Of a stretch of 64,000 nt of DNA, positions 25,774 through 39,328 are shown in pieces. Each line of letters starts with the position of its first letter. The first letter of the stretch is position 1. The stretch is taken from contig OX597818.1 in assembly GCA_951406725.2 (NCBI GenBank), positions 115,816,001 to 115,880,000 of the forward strand. The letters are read 5' to 3'. The stretch comes from Octopus vulgaris (lineage: Eukaryota). Made by a program: the position numbers and the translations under genes. The notes under the pieces were generated by a model. The model was not told where the DNA came from and ran no database searches. It was given only the letters and a program-made list of their open reading frames with translations.

Positions 25774-28700
25774 TCATATGTTGTGGTGTGCGCTATTGCT
25801 CCATTCTAGTTTTCTATTCAGGCTAGGTTTATTTTCTATTATATGTGTAGCTTCTGTAATTTGTCTAATTGTTGCATCTGTTCTATGTGTGGACAATATC
25901 TTAATCTCTATGTTATTGATTGATCCCCCGTGTTCTTGTTCGGCGTGTTGGTACAGAATCGATGAGCTTTTACCTTCCTTGAGTTGTCTCCAATGTTCAT
26001 TCACCCGCTCACCAATGCTTCTTGCAGTTTCCCCTACGTATGTTACTGTCTTGTTACTGCATCGTCCCTCTATACATCTTATACTATAGACCACATTTCT
26101 GGCTTTACAGTTCGTTTGTGGGCTAAATCTACATACAGTGCAATAGTTATCCGTACAGAGAGTTCTACTAAAAGGATAGGTTCTACCAATTATAGATCTG
26201 ATAGGGTTGCCTGGCTTTTCAACAACCTTAATTCTTAGTTTAAGTTTATCTAGGGTCCTTCTAAAGCGGTACGCTAGTTCACCTCCAGGGGTGGTGTCAA
26301 CGAACATGACACTCTGGTATTTATGGCTATCATACCAAGAGTTGGCCTTCCTTATTTTCTTTTTTGTCCTTTCTATAGTGTTCCATGACTTGTTCCTGTA
26401 GAGTGGGCAAATCCCATTCCTATCATTACATAATATATTATCAAATTTCTTCATGGCTCCTTTGTATACTCTGATCCTTTCTTTATGGCTGTAACCTGAG
26501 AACTGCATGCGGTGAATGAAATACTGTATGTGTCTCTTTAATTCTGTAGGCTCGCACATGCGTGACACATTTCTCATTATTCTGACGAGGTCTGCCATCA
26601 AAATATTGAATTTGGCATTGCCCGCAATGGCTGAGTTCCGGTGGATCAGGTATTTTGAGGCCATAGGTTTTGCATAGTATGAATGAAGGATTTGGGTTTT
26701 ATTTTTCACAATTTCTAGCCAGAGTTCAGTGTCTAGTACTGGTAGTCTATGGTTGGGGTGTTTAGTGGGGTAGTCTATTGTGACCTTAATACTCTGGTGG
26801 ATGGAGTTAGCTATTTGCTGGATGCTCTCCATAGTATTAGTTTCTATTACTATATCAACAGTACTTTCTTGTGGGGGTGCCTTTACTACTATATTGATAT
26901 CATCAACATAGCGAGAGTACATGTTTACGAGTATGGATTTCTGCAGTAGGCATTCTTTAAGCCTTCTGTCCCACCATACCATGAAGAGGTTGGCCACATC
27001 ACCAGCGATACTAACACCGATGGCTGCCCCCTCGTCCTGGGCATATATTTTATTATTAAATTTAAATGTGTGGCCTTTTAGGGTAACTCTTATACTAGCT
27101 CCTAGTGCATGTGCGATCATTTTCTTTACCTGATGGACATTTGCGGGGCTCCGTATGGCTCTGGTCCATCCGCGCCATCTTTCTATATGTGTCTTCCTAG
27201 CCATAGAAGTAATTGTAGGCGGTCTACCTCTTAAACATCTACTGGGGCAGAAACTACTAAGATTATGTTTATCTAAGTATTCACTATTATATGTCAGTCT
27301 AAGTAGGAGGCCCAGTTCTTCTGTGTCGACATTACAGAACTCCACCTGGCTCTCGTTGATCATCTCCACGCACTTCTCCACTGCAAAATCTACGTCAATC
27401 GATGGGTATAGGGATACCACATCCATGCTACCTACTATACATCCTGTCAAGTCACAAGTTTTGTTACAGTCACTGATCCTGCTTAGGAGATCTTCTGTGC
27501 TGTCACATACATCAGGTGACATCCTGATTATAGGGCGTATGATCATTGAGAGGAAGTAGGAGATTCTGTAATTGCTAGCGATATTCGCTCCACAGACTGG
27601 TCTTGTTGGTGGTCCTGCTATAGGGTCAGTAAAACCTTTATGGTCCTTGCGAAGTCCATACAGTGCCGGGATATCATTGTTCCAGGCTTGGAAATTCTTT
27701 GCAGTACGTTTCTGAGGTCCCAGAACAATTGTCCACATCATCATGTGGGCATTGAGGACCTTTTCTCTCTCCTCATGCGCCTGTACAGTTGTTACTTTTG
27801 TATTGGCGATATGAGGTTGCATTGCCTGGATGTAGTTCGGTAAGCTGTCTATTGACATCCTGCCGGACTTATCCGTGGGAAGGCATATCACCTCTCCGTT
27901 CCTCGTGCGCTGAATGAGCTTCTGTAGGCCACATGCAGGTTTAATCCCTAGTTGTTGGGCATCTGTCTTATTCTGTCTCTGTCTCTTAATGTATAAACCT
28001 AAAATCTGTCTAAGTTTGGTCCTAGCTATAGTGAACTGTGCTTCCATGTGGTCATTAGTACGTCTTGGGATGTATACCCTTTTGTTGAAGGGTAATGTTG
28101 TTGGATAAATTCGGTTCATGCAGTAAGTTTTGTCGCATACGTTGAAGAATTGAGTGTCAAAGGGATGGGTATACATGTCAATGGTCTCTCTAGGGTTATC
28201 TTCATTATCGTTACTGTTTCCAACATCAGCCTTCCTATTATTATTATCACCATTACCACTACTACTACTACTACTAGTATTCCTATTACCACCACAACTA
28301 TCACTACTATCCTCATTACTACTTCTACTGTTACCATCACCACTACTACTACCACTATTATTGTTATTACCTTTATTCCTACCATTGCCATTATTACTAT
28401 CATCGCTAGTGATATATTCATTGTTCCTGTTTCTGGTATATGTGTTGTTTATATTAGTGTTGGGTTTTATGTCTGTCTGTTGGTCCCTGTCAATCCCCCT
28501 GTTGCGGTCGTTATTTTTGTTCCTATGAGTATTGTTATCTGTTTCAAGTCCGCTGACTCCCTGTCCAAGGATCCTGTTGCATTCAACTTTATTCTCCATC
28601 GTGACCCCTATGACACAACTTTTATTCGTGTTTTTGTGACTATGGCTATCTGTGTGTGTGTTTGTGTGTCGGTTCTCCCTATAATTGTTGTTGTTGTTGC

Positions 28701-29703
28701 TGTTGTATACGATTTTTCTCTCTCTGTTTGTGTTTTTGTTTTTGTATCTATTGTTTGTGTCTATGCATACATTTTTTCTATTGTTATTGTTGTTGTCGCT
28801 GTTAGGGTTCGTGTTGTTGTTGTTGTTGTTGCCGCTGTTAGGGTTCGTGTTGCTTTTGTTGCTACGGTTGTTATTGTTGCGGTCATTATTGTTTGTGTTG
28901 TTGTTGCTGCGGTTAGTGTTTTTCGCGTTGTTGTTGTTGTCGCAAGTGTTGTTGTCATAGTATCTATTTAAATTCCAACGTATTTTTGTGAACGACTTTT
29001 CAATCTCGGACAGGCATTTGATGGTATTCACTTTACTATACACTGCATACTTTGGTGGTAGTTGAAGTATCGATATTTCATCTGGGTCCGTTGTTACTCC
29101 CCCATAGATGTTCGCTTCATTGTCTTTATTGAACTCTTCTGGTAGTAGCACATCTTCCATAATAATTCCATTTATTGTATCTGGATACTTCTGCTTTTCT
29201 TCCTTTGCGAGCTCATATTGACGTTTCTGTTTCAACCACGATAACTTCCTCTTAAAATGGATATTGCATTGGTGTATTACATGTCTGTTTTCTTCATATA
29301 TTATATCCATTATTAAGGTTTTCTCCTTTCGTGTCGTGATACTTTTAATTTCTTTTAAAAATATACGTTTACGCTTCTCTTGTTCGCTCAGCTCTCTGTA
29401 TATTCTATTTCTAATATTTACCATTAGCGTCCTTTTTAGTCTTTCCGCTTGTCCGTTAGTGAGGTCAAGCCGTTTAACGTTGGCTGTGACCTTGTTGATA
29501 CATATCCTGGACGAGACACATTGTTTTATAAAACGAAGCTGTTGCGTTGTCACAGTTTTCTTTAGGCAACAAAATATAGTGTTCTTCAGCATCTTGCAAG
29601 CCTGGCTGTGGCTCACGTTAGTACGTTTAAATATTTGTTGTGCAAGATTTTTTATGTGAAGTCGTGTGTTGAAACAGATATTGTTATATTTCGGAATGGT
29701 CAT
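25774..29703 (-). CDS. Intact PLE polyprotein, 1309 aa: reverse transcriptase + Cys-rich linker + GIY-YIG endonuclease
   Basis: RT motifs [46 protein letters not shown]. Linker CTDNYCTVC. Endonuclease [31 protein letters not shown] (GIY-YIG with CCHH). Confidence 0.95.
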   Translation of the reverse strand: MTIPKYNNICFNTRLHIKNLAQQIFKRTNVSHSQACKMLKNTIFCCLKKTVTTQQLRFIKQCVSSRICINKVTANVKRLDLTNGQAERLKRTLMVNIRNRIYRELSEQEKRKRIFLKEIKSITTRKEKTLIMDIIYEENRHVIHQCNIHFKRKLSWLKQKRQYELAKEEKQKYPDTINGIIMEDVLLPEEFNKDNEANIYGGVTTDPDEISILQLPPKYAVYSKVNTIKCLSEIEKSFTKIRWNLNRYYDNNTCDNNNNAKNTNRSNNNTNNNDRNNNNRSNKSNTNPNSGNNNNNNTNPNSDNNNNNRKNVCIDTNNRYKNKNTNRERKIVYNSNNNNNYRENRHTNTHTDSHSHKNTNKSCVIGVTMENKVECNRILGQGVSGLETDNNTHRNKNNDRNRGIDRDQQTDIKPNTNINNTYTRNRNNEYITSDDSNNGNGRNKGNNNNSGSSSGDGNSRSSNEDSSDSCGGNRNTSSSSSSGNGDNNNRKADVGNSNDNEDNPRETIDMYTHPFDTQFFNVCDKTYCMNRIYPTTLPFNKRVYIPRRTNDHMEAQFTIARTKLRQILGLYIKRQRQNKTDAQQLGIKPACGLQKLIQRTRNGEVICLPTDKSGRMSIDSLPNYIQAMQPHIANTKVTTVQAHEEREKVLNAHMMMWTIVLGPQKRTAKNFQAWNNDIPALYGLRKDHKGFTDPIAGPPTRPVCGANIASNYRISYFLSMIIRPIIRMSPDVCDSTEDLLSRISDCNKTCDLTGCIVGSMDVVSLYPSIDVDFAVEKCVEMINESQVEFCNVDTEELGLLLRLTYNSEYLDKHNLSSFCPSRCLRGRPPTITSMARKTHIERWRGWTRAIRSPANVHQVKKMIAHALGASIRVTLKGHTFKFNNKIYAQDEGAAIGVSIAGDVANLFMVWWDRRLKECLLQKSILVNMYSRYVDDINIVVKAPPQESTVDIVIETNTMESIQQIANSIHQSIKVTIDYPTKHPNHRLPVLDTELWLEIVKNKTQILHSYYAKPMASKYLIHRNSAIAGNAKFNILMADLVRIMRNVSRMCEPTELKRHIQYFIHRMQFSGYSHKERIRVYKGAMKKFDNILCNDRNGICPLYRNKSWNTIERTKKKIRKANSWYDSHKYQSVMFVDTTPGGELAYRFRRTLDKLKLRIKVVEKPGNPIRSIIGRTYPFSRTLCTDNYCTVCRFSPQTNCKARNVVYSIRCIEGRCSNKTVTYVGETARSIGERVNEHWRQLKEGKSSSILYQHAEQEHGGSINNIEIKILSTHRTDATIRQITEATHIIENKPSLNRKLEWSNSAHHNI

Positions 29704-30365
29704 ATTGCCAGTTTAGCCAATAAAAACACACGCACTATATATTTGGTGTTATTTTGCTTCAGTGATATTTATTTTTTACATTAATCTTAATCTTATTTCG
29801 GCCAAAGTTCTTTCGTCACACTCCTGTGACCGCATCAGTGGTCCTTTGTTTTCTTCTCACTTACTTGTGTCTCTCCTTACTAACCGTCAGCCATTTTGTA
29901 TTTCTATTGTATGTCTTCATTTGCGCATGCTTATATCTCTATGTGCGTCTATGTTTATTTAGTGTGTGGGGGGGGGATGCCTGTAATATTTGTATCTTCT
30001 GGTTATATACATTCTTGTAATTTGTATTTTGTTTTTGTTGTTGTTGCTTTTGTTCTAATTTTATTCATGTGTTTACATCCACCCATTATTATCATTACAT
30101 ATGCTTGTATGTATGTATAACAACAATATTAGTAATAATAATAATAAATCTAATCGAGAAAAAAAAAAAAAAAAAAGAATATACATATACATATATATAT
30201 ATATACATACATATACATATACATATATATATATATATATACATATATACACACATATATACACATATACATATACATATATATACACATATACATATAT
30301 ATAGATATTCATTTCTATTTCTTTAATTACCTGTGTATTTATTATGTTTGCAGGATCCACTATTG

Positions 30366-31672
30366 TCATATGTTGTGGTGTGCGCTATTGCTCCATTCTA
30401 GTTTTCTATTCAGGCTAGGTTTATTTTCTATTATATGTGTAGCTTCTGTAATTTGTCTAATTGTTGCATCTGTTCTATGTGTGGACAATATCTTAATCTC
30501 TATGTTATTGATTGATCCCCCGTGTTCTTGTTCGGCGTGTTGGTACAGAATCGATGAGCTTTTACCTTCCTTGAGTTGTCTCCAATGTTCATTCACCCGC
30601 TCACCAATGCTTCTTGCAGTTTCCCCTACGTATGTTACTGTCTTGTTACTGCATCGTCCCTCTATACATCTTATACTATAGACCACATTTCTGGCTTTAC
30701 AGTTCGTTTGTGGGCTAAATCTACATACAGTGCAATAGTTATCCGTACAGAGAGTTCTACTAAAAGGATAGGTTCTACCAATTATAGATCTGATAGGGTT
30801 GCCTGGCTTTTCAACAACCTTAATTCTTAGTTTAAGTTTATCTAGGGTCCTTCTAAAGCGGTACGCTAGTTCACCTCCAGGGGTGGTGTCAACGAACATG
30901 ACACTCTGGTATTTATGGCTATCATACCAAGAGTTGGCCTTCCTTATTTTCTTTTTGTCCTTTCTATAGTGTTCCATGACTTGTTCCTGTAGAGTGGGCA
31001 AATCCCATTCCTATCATTACATAATATATTATCAAATTTCTTCATGGCTCCTTTGTATACTCTGATCCTTTCTTTATGGCTGTAACCTGAGAACTGCATG
31101 CGGTGAATGAAATACTGTATGTGTCTCTTTAATTCTGTAGGCTCGCACATGCGTGACACATTTCTCATTATTCTGACGAGGTCTGCCATCAAAATATTGA
31201 ATTTGGCATTGCCCGCAATGGCTGAGTTCCGGTGGATCAGGTATTTTGAGGCCATAGGTTTTGCATAGTATGAATGAAGGATTTGGGTTTTATTTTTCAC
31301 AATTTCTAGCCAGAGTTCAGTGTCTAGTACTGGTAGTCTATGGTTGGGGTGTTTAGTGGGGTAGTCTATTGTGACCTTAATACTCTGGTGGATGGAGTTA
31401 GCTATTTGCTGGATGCTCTCCATAGTATTAGTTTCTATTACTATATCAACAGTACTTTCTTGTGGGGGTGCCTTTACTACTATATTGATATCATCAACAT
31501 AGCGAGAGTACATGTTTACGAGTATGGATTTCTGCAGTAGGCATTCTTTAAGCCTTCTGTCCCACCATACCATGAAGAGGTTGGCCACATCACCAGCGAT
31601 ACTAACACCGATGGCTGCCCCCTCGTCCTGGGCATATATTTTATTATTAAATTTAAATGTGTGGCCTTTTAG
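30366..31672 (-). pseudogene. 5'-truncated tandem copy of the PLE ORF (RT C-terminal half + EN) with a 1-nt frameshift near 30952
   Basis: ORFs 30944..31726 and 30366..31001 reproduce the C-terminus of the 1309-aa protein. A T-run is one base shorter than at ~26350. Confidence 0.9.
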
Positions 31673-32159
31673 AAGGACCCTAGATAAACTTAAACTAAGA
31701 ATTAAGGTTGTTGAAAAGCCAGGCAACCCTATCAGATCTATAATTGGTAGAACCTATCCTTTTAGTAGAACTCTCTGTACGGATAACTATTGCACTGTAT
31801 GTAGATTTAGCCCACAAACGAACTGTAAAGCCAGAAATGTGGTCTATAGTATAAGATGTATAGAGGGACGATGCAGTAACAAGACAGTAACATACGTAGG
31901 GGAAACTGCAAGAAGCATTGGTGAGCGGGTGAATGAACATTGGAGACAACTCAAGGAAGGTAAAAGCTCATCGATTCTGTACCAACACGCCGAACAAGAA
32001 CACGGGGGATCAATCAATAACATAGAGATTAAGATATTGTCCACACATAGAACAGATGCAACAATTAGACAAATTACAGAAGCTACACATATAATAGAAA
32101 ATAAACCTAGCCTGAATAGAAAACTAGAATGGAGCAATAGCGCACACCACAACATATGA
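31668..32159 (+). pseudogene. Inverted copy of the PLE GIY-YIG endonuclease region
   Basis: ORF 31512..32159 ends with the same ...RRTLDKLK...SNSAHHNI sequence. The junction has TTTAG microhomology at 31668-31672. Confidence 0.9.
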
Positions 32160-32685
32160 CAATAGTGGATCCTGCAAACATAATAAATACACAGGTAATT
32201 AAAGAAATAGAAATGAATATCTATATATATGTATATGTGTATATATATGTATATGTATATGTGTATATATGTGTGTATATATGTATATATATATATATAT
32301 ATATGTATATGTATATGTATGTATATATATATATATGTATATGTATATTCTTTTTTTTTTTTTTTTTTTTTCTCGATTAGATTTATTATTATTATTACTA
32401 ATATTGTTGTTATACATACATACAAGCATATGTAATGATAATAATGGGTGGATGTAAACACATGAATAAAATTAGAACAAAAGCAACAACAACAAAAACA
32501 AAATACAAATTACAAGAATGTATATAACCAGAAGATACAAATATTACAGGCATCCCCCCCCCACACACTAAATAAACATAGACGCACATAGAGATATAAG
32601 CATGCGCAAATGAAGACATACAATAGAAATACAAAATGGCTGACGGTTAGTAAGGAGAGACACAAGTAAGTGAGAAGAAAACAAA

Positions 32686-32730
32686 GGACCACTGATGCGG
32701 TCACAGGAGTGTGACGAAAGAACTTTGGCC
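32686..32730 (+). ncRNA. Minimal hammerhead-like motif in the PLE pseudo-LTR (variant core CUGAUGC); identical copies on the - strand at 25202-25246 and 29800-29844
   Basis: cca CTGATGC G GTCAC-aggagt-GTGAC GAAA g-aa-c TT tgg: stem I cca/tgg, perfect 5-bp stem II, GAAA, minimal stem III. Confidence 0.6.
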
Positions 32731-32844
32731 GAAATAAGATTAAGATTAATGTAAAAAATAAATATCACTGAAGCAAAATAACACCAAATATATAGTGCGT
32801 GTGTTTTTATTGGCTAAACTGGCAATATGACCATTCCGAAATAT

Positions 32845-32886
<42 letters not shown>

Positions 32887-34574
32887 GTATGTTGCTTAAT
32901 GTCGAGCGCGAATGAAAAAGGAATGCTCAATACAAGTTTTAGAGGATATTTCTTTTTATTTATTAAAATTGTGGCGGAGAGTTTGTCTCGTAACTCTAGT
33001 TTCACATCACTGCAATCTTCAGGGGAAATATACATGAGTATGCATGTATGTGTGTGGGTGTCAGTGTGTATGTGTGTGTGTGAGAGAGAGAGAATGTGTG
33101 TGAGTATGAGAGGAAGTGTGTGTGTGTGTGTGTGTATGTATGTGTTCTCAACACAGATTTACAAGACTTCAGTTTCAGAGATAGTTAAGCCACATTAATG
33201 CAAAGAACGGCGCTGTTGCTCCAGTGTGTGCGCGCGTGTGTGTGTGTGTGTGTGTGTGTGTGTTTACATATATATATATATAATTTTCCCATTTTCCAAT
33301 AATCTTTTGTATCATCTGCATTGATAACAGCACCAGCTACGAGTGTTGTTGTCAGTTTTAGAATTATAGATATGTATAATGTTATGCATTGGTTTGCTTT
33401 GTCAGGACATGTCTGCTATAGAAAGTGGGACATCCTCTTTGAACCTGAGCTGACTCTTCCACATTACTCAGACTTTGGCGCCGGAGACGGAATCGATATT
33501 GTTAGGAAAATATAACCTAAAACCAATAAATAAACAGCGGCGCACTCAGACAAGAAACTGAAGATACCTCCAACCACAAAGGTAAAATACTGTCTGATCT
33601 CGCAAACTTCCAGAAATAGCAGTCAAATTCCTTTTAGTACACACTAACTTCTTGAAAGAAGGAAAATGTAGTATTACAATCGATGGACATTGCTTGACTC
33701 TTACAAGGGAATGTTTGGGTTTATTCCTTCGATTTGAAGAGCAACGAACGAAAAGAGTAGATAGAAATTGTTTAATGGGTGCTTAGTCACTAAATATCAC
33801 TTTAAGCCGGTCCACATTTAAACCAATTTTTACGATCCCGGCAAAATTTCGGACGATTTTTTGGATGTCTTTCAATAATATGATTGGTTTCCTTTGCAGG
33901 ACGTTTCGATACGTTTTGTTTGTCCCCAAACCATATCTTATTGTCTTAACACTGCATTTTACTACTGCCGGCATCTGTACTACTTACTTGCAATTGTGGT
34001 ATTACTCAACTGGGATAAGTTGAACCGGCTTCGATCAAGGCGTGTTCAGAGTTTCAGAGAGAACACACGTTCACATATGATCCTCGGTCACATGCATACA
34101 GGCTTTGGGACAGGCTGTGGTCAGTAGCAGCTCATTTTACTGTCGATTGTGAATCGTCGCAAAGGATTCGCTGACCAAACCAGCGCCGATAATCGGAACA
34201 GGTGTAGCCTACGTTTGATGGCAGGTGCGCTTATGTGGCACTGTTAGATGCCACAAAAAACGATGGGGACGTAACACAAAGGCAGTAATTCATACAAATC
34301 TGTTTGAAGGTTTATGGCATGTCGTTTCGCTAGAAGGTTCAAACTTAGTGCGCATGCAGAGCAGAGTTGAGTTCAAGGTCGATCTGTGCCGAGTGGCTTT
34401 ACTCTGCGTGCTTTAGTTTCGTTACTATAGCAACAGTATGGATACTTATTGATCAGACCACGTATGTATCTACATATATGAACGTATGTATGTATGTATG
34501 TATGTATGTATGTATGTATGTATGTATGTATGTATGTATGTATGTATGTATGTATGTATGTATGTATGTATGTA

Positions 34575-34605
<31 letters not shown>

Positions 34606-34969
34606 ATGCATGTATGTATATATATATATATATATATATGTAGGTATGCATGCATGTATGTATATAGATATGTATGTGTGTAGGTATATGTTTGCATATA
34701 TGCATGTATATATATATATATATATATATATATGTCTATCTGTATGTATGTATGCATTTAATGTATTTACGTGTGCTTGCTTCAATATATGTACATATAT
34801 GCATGTATGTATATATGTATGTATGTATATATGTATGTATATCTGTATGTATGTATGTGTGTGTATGTATGTATGTATGTATGTATGTATGTATGTATGT
34901 GTGTATGTATGTATGTATGTATGTATGTGTATGTATGTATGTATGTATGTATGTGTATGTGTGTGCATG

Positions 34970-35000
<31 letters not shown>

Positions 35001-35087
35001 TATGTATGTATGTATGTATGTATGCATGTATGTATATATGTGTGTGTGTGTGTGTCTGTCTGTCTATCTGTATGTGTGTATGCAAGC

Positions 35088-35176
<89 letters not shown>

Positions 35177-35841
35177 TGTGTCTAATCTGTATGTGTGTAT
35201 TTACGTGTGTTTGCTTCAATCTGTCTGGCTATTACTTTCGATTTTTCAGCCATTGATCTGGATGTGAAAAACGGCAAATGTAGATTTGGAAGTAAAACAG
35301 CTGAAATTAAAACAGGTTTCCTCAATGTCCTGCTTATATAGTTTCTATTTATATCTTAATATTTTGCTGCCAGACACGCACAATGCCGCTACTTCCCAAG
35401 TTCAATTTTTATGCTGGAAGTAAAGCTCTTTAAACACTCATTAATTGAGTTCAACTCCAGAATAAATCATTCATAAGCGCAACTCCTAAAAATAATGAAA
35501 CGCTTGTCTCAGAGTTATTACGGTTTTTAAAGTGTCTACGTATATTTTTACATTATGTGTTTGTTCCCAAGGACTGATTTAAGTTTTAAACATCGTGGCT
35601 TCGTTTTAGTGGATAAAACAGCTGCAGTGTATAAACCTGGGTTTGTAAGAGATAGTTTGTATGTTCTTTTATTTGTTTCAGTCATTTGACTGCAGCCATG
35701 CTGGGGCACCGCCTTTAGTCGAGCAAATCGACCCCAGGACTTATTCTATCGGTCTCTCTTGCCGAACTGCTAAGTGGCGGGGACGTAAACACACCAGCAT
35801 CGGTTGTCAAGCGATGTTGGCGGGACAAACACAGACAGACA

Positions 35842-35922
<81 letters not shown>

Positions 35923-36431
35923 GACGTGCTTCTTTCAGTTTCCGTCTACCAAATCCACTCACAAGGCTTTGGTCGGCTCGAGGTTATAGTAGAAGACACT
36001 TGGCCAAGGTGCCACGCAGTGGGACTGAACCCGGAACCATGTGGCTGGTAGGCAAGCTACTTACTACACAGCCACTCCTGCGCGTATGTATGTGCATATA
36101 CATGCATAATATATGTGCGCGCGTGTGTGTCTGTGTGTGTGTGTGTGTGTGTGTCTGTGTGCGTGCAAAAACGTGGGGAAGACTAGGTACAAAAATAATC
36201 CAGAGTGTATTAGATTTGCGCTCAGTAAAAATAGGAAGAGACTTTTTACATTTCGAGCATACGCTCTTCCTCATCCGCTAAGTGTTAACTATCGGAAAAA
36301 GACACGATACCATGGTAAAGGTTTAAAATGTTTTATTTTGGTTGAGTCAGTCTTGACTCATAACTTCCCTGAATATTCTGTGCAACCACAGGTGAAACTT
36401 CGAGTTGCAAGAGACTGTGTGTGCGCGCGTG

Positions 36432-36490
<59 letters not shown>

Positions 36491-36657
36491 TATGCTCGTA
36501 ATTTTCATAAGGATAAATATGTATATCCGAAATTAGTCTCTGCTATTTCCTCTATCAAGTCCTCTTTAATAATAATATTTTTTTATTTTTATGTTTTATT
36601 TATTCTTGCACTGAAGAGAACAGTGATATATAATTAATTTAATTTAATCAAATTATG

Positions 36658-36712
<55 letters not shown>

Positions 36713-37185
36713 GTGTTTGTGTGTCTGTGTTTGTCCCCCTAGCATTGCTTGACAACCGATGCTGGTGTGTTTATGTCCCCGTCACTTAGCAGTTCGGCAA
36801 AAAGAGACCGATAGAATAAGTACTGGGCTTGCAAAAGAATAAGTCCCGGGGTCGAGTTGCTCGACTAAAGGCGGTGCTCCAGCATGGCCGCAGTCAAATG
36901 ACTGAAACAAGTAAGAAAGAAAGAAAGAAAGAAATTAATTTGATTATTCTCCCATGAATTTGCATGTTTTAATATCGTCACATCAGATAGTTTGAAAAGC
37001 ATTACATTAGAGGATACTCTGAGCTGACTATGATGTTTTGTATCTTTTTGTCTCGAGACAATTTTTATGCCCATCTCAGTTGACTCCCGAGACAAAAGGA
37101 TTCCAACAACAACACACATTTGTATACATATATGCGTTTGTTGACCTTGTAAGGAATATCACTGTCAACAGGATGTTTTTGTGTG

Positions 37186-37219
<34 letters not shown>

Positions 37220-37310
37220 TGTATGTATGTATGTATGTATGTATGTATGCCATTATTCAGTTGTCCTACTAAAGTTTCTTCTCTGATACCATTTCTTAAG
37301 ATGGTACTAG

Positions 37311-37353
<43 letters not shown>

Positions 37354-37379
37354 AACACACACACACACATTCAAAAGTT

Positions 37380-38495
37380 TAGTGGGAGAAATAAGAGAAT
37401 CAGAAAGCTATACATGAGGTGGTTAATTTGGTCATTGTTTTTGGATTGTTGGTAGTTGACTACTCTTTCATAGTAGGTAGTATCTTGTAAAAGGTGAGAT
37501 ACAGAGTTTTTATATTGTTCAGTATCCATAATAACGACATTACTACCCTTATCTGCTTCTTTGATTGTGATGTCATGATTGTTTTGTAACTTATAGATGA
37601 TTTTCCCATTCCCTTTTATTGGTGTTGGGTTTGGGTTTAGGTTGTGGAAGTTCACTATAAGGGAAGTTTGATGATATGTAGTCACAAAATTTGTCTAAAG
37701 TTTTGTTTCTGCCTTTTATGGGATTAAAGCTACTTTTGTTACGAACCATTGATTCGTCGTTATTGATTTCTTTGTCAAAAAACTCCTGTGAGGCGTAATT
37801 TTCTGCAAAAGTGTGAGATATCATCCTGTATTTCCCTCAGGTTAGGATATTGTGGAGTTGGAGTGAATTTTAGTCCTTTTGAAAGGATTTTGATTTGTTG
37901 TGTCGACAGGTTTAGGTTTGAGAGATTCACTATTTTTGGTTTTTGCGGGTTGGTATCTACCATCTGGTGTCGTGGAATCTGTTGCCCTGGCCTAAAAATG
38001 ATTCTGGGGGTTCTTCTGTCTGCGGTATTTTGGTGTGTGTTAGTCTTTCCTCCATTGATATGTTGTCTACTAAAGGGGTTTTGGTTATTCCGAGGTCTGG
38101 GTCGTTGGTGTGGCCTACTTGAAGAGTTTTGGTTATTCCGGGGTTTAGATTGTTCGTACTGGGTGTAATTTTGGTTCCTTAGAGTGGGTTGGAACCTACA
38201 ATCGTGGTTTAGAGGTGAATTCTTATATGTTGGATGGGAACTCCGAGTTTGGAACGGTTTGGGTTGGGATCTGCAATCATAGTTCAGAGGTGAATTCCTA
38301 TGTGATGGGTGGAATCTCCGATTCTGGAACGGTTCTTGTGTGGGCGGGGATCTACATTGTCTGGTAAAGTTTTGTCTTGTGTTGGTGGGTGTCTGGGTTC
38401 TTTTGATGGGGTTGTAGTGCTGTCTGTAAGTTCTGTTATTGTTGTTGTCAAAGTTAGGGTGGTGCGTGGTTGCTTGTACGGTGTTCGTTTTTGAA
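37380..38495 (-). pseudogene. Fragment of a second PLE (Neptune-like N-terminal region), frameshifted
   Basis: IVNLSNLNLSTQQIKILSKGLKFTPTP..FCRKLRL..KSSFNP..ITIKEADKGSNVVIMD spread over ORFs 37775..37963, 37591..37824 and 37371..37685. Confidence 0.8.
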
Positions 38496-39328
38496 CTCCG
38501 TTTATATATAATGTATATTTATGTATGTACAGTTGCAGAGGAAGTGTGTCAGTGACCAGGTCGCAGGTGGTGCGACAAAAGTTTTGGCACCATGTAATAC
38601 ATGATTAAGTGAATTTAACGGCTTCTGTGCTTTTTTGTAATGGCAAATATTGAGTCTTCTTCGCTGAAATTATTACTTTACAATCCCACTAAACCTGAGC
38701 TTGCGTATGTGTGTGTGTTTGTTTGCGTGTGTGTATGTACGTGTGTATGTATGTGTACGAGTGTATATGTACGTGTGTATGTGTGTGCGCGTGTGTGTGT
38801 ACGTGTTTATGCATTTATGCGTGTGTGACCGTGTACGTGTGTATGTGTGAGTGTGTACGTGCGTATGTGTGTGTGTGAGAGAGTACTTGCGTACGTGTGT
38901 TCACACTAAAGAAATATATATATATATATATTTATTTGAACACCCGTAATTTATCGATCCGAAAGTTCGTTCGGTGTAGTGGTACGCGTGACGGTTTGAC
39001 ATTTAGGCTATGACTGGCACAGACATTGAAGCCTAGCTGCTGTGAGATTGCCATCAACAAAAGCCGTTGAGAGGACATTTGGTTCGTCTTTTTGGGTGTT
39101 AATTACGAAACCGTTACTTTAGGAAATATCAAATCCCTGTAAATAAGTAGCAAAATGTTCTGGAAACGTTGCGTAATACGTGTGTCATTAAAAGGAATGA
39201 ATATCGATCTCTCCCCATCTCCCTCTAAGTGTGTTTGCGCGTGTGAATGTAAATACACACACACACAAATACACACAATGAACTAAAAAAAAAAGATTGC
39301 ACACATGTAAACAGCGACATAGTCATAA

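Larger units (their letters stand above)
25024..32852 (-). mobile_element. Penelope-like retroelement (C-terminal GIY-YIG EN+): full unit + 5'-truncated upstream tandem unit + inverted terminal unit, inserted in (TA)n
   Basis: 25024-27070 is repeated at 29622-31672 (offset ~4598). 31668-32852 is an inverted copy of the EN + pseudo-LTR region. Both outer ends stop within the first codons of the ORF and run into (TA)n. Confidence 0.95.

Noticed and set aside
28801-28848. TTAGGG motifs suggesting telomeric repeats
   Set aside because: Two isolated hexamers inside the PLE low-complexity coding region.
25774-29703. Naiad-type selenoprotein PLE
   Set aside because: The endonuclease is C-terminal and the ORF has no in-frame TGA.
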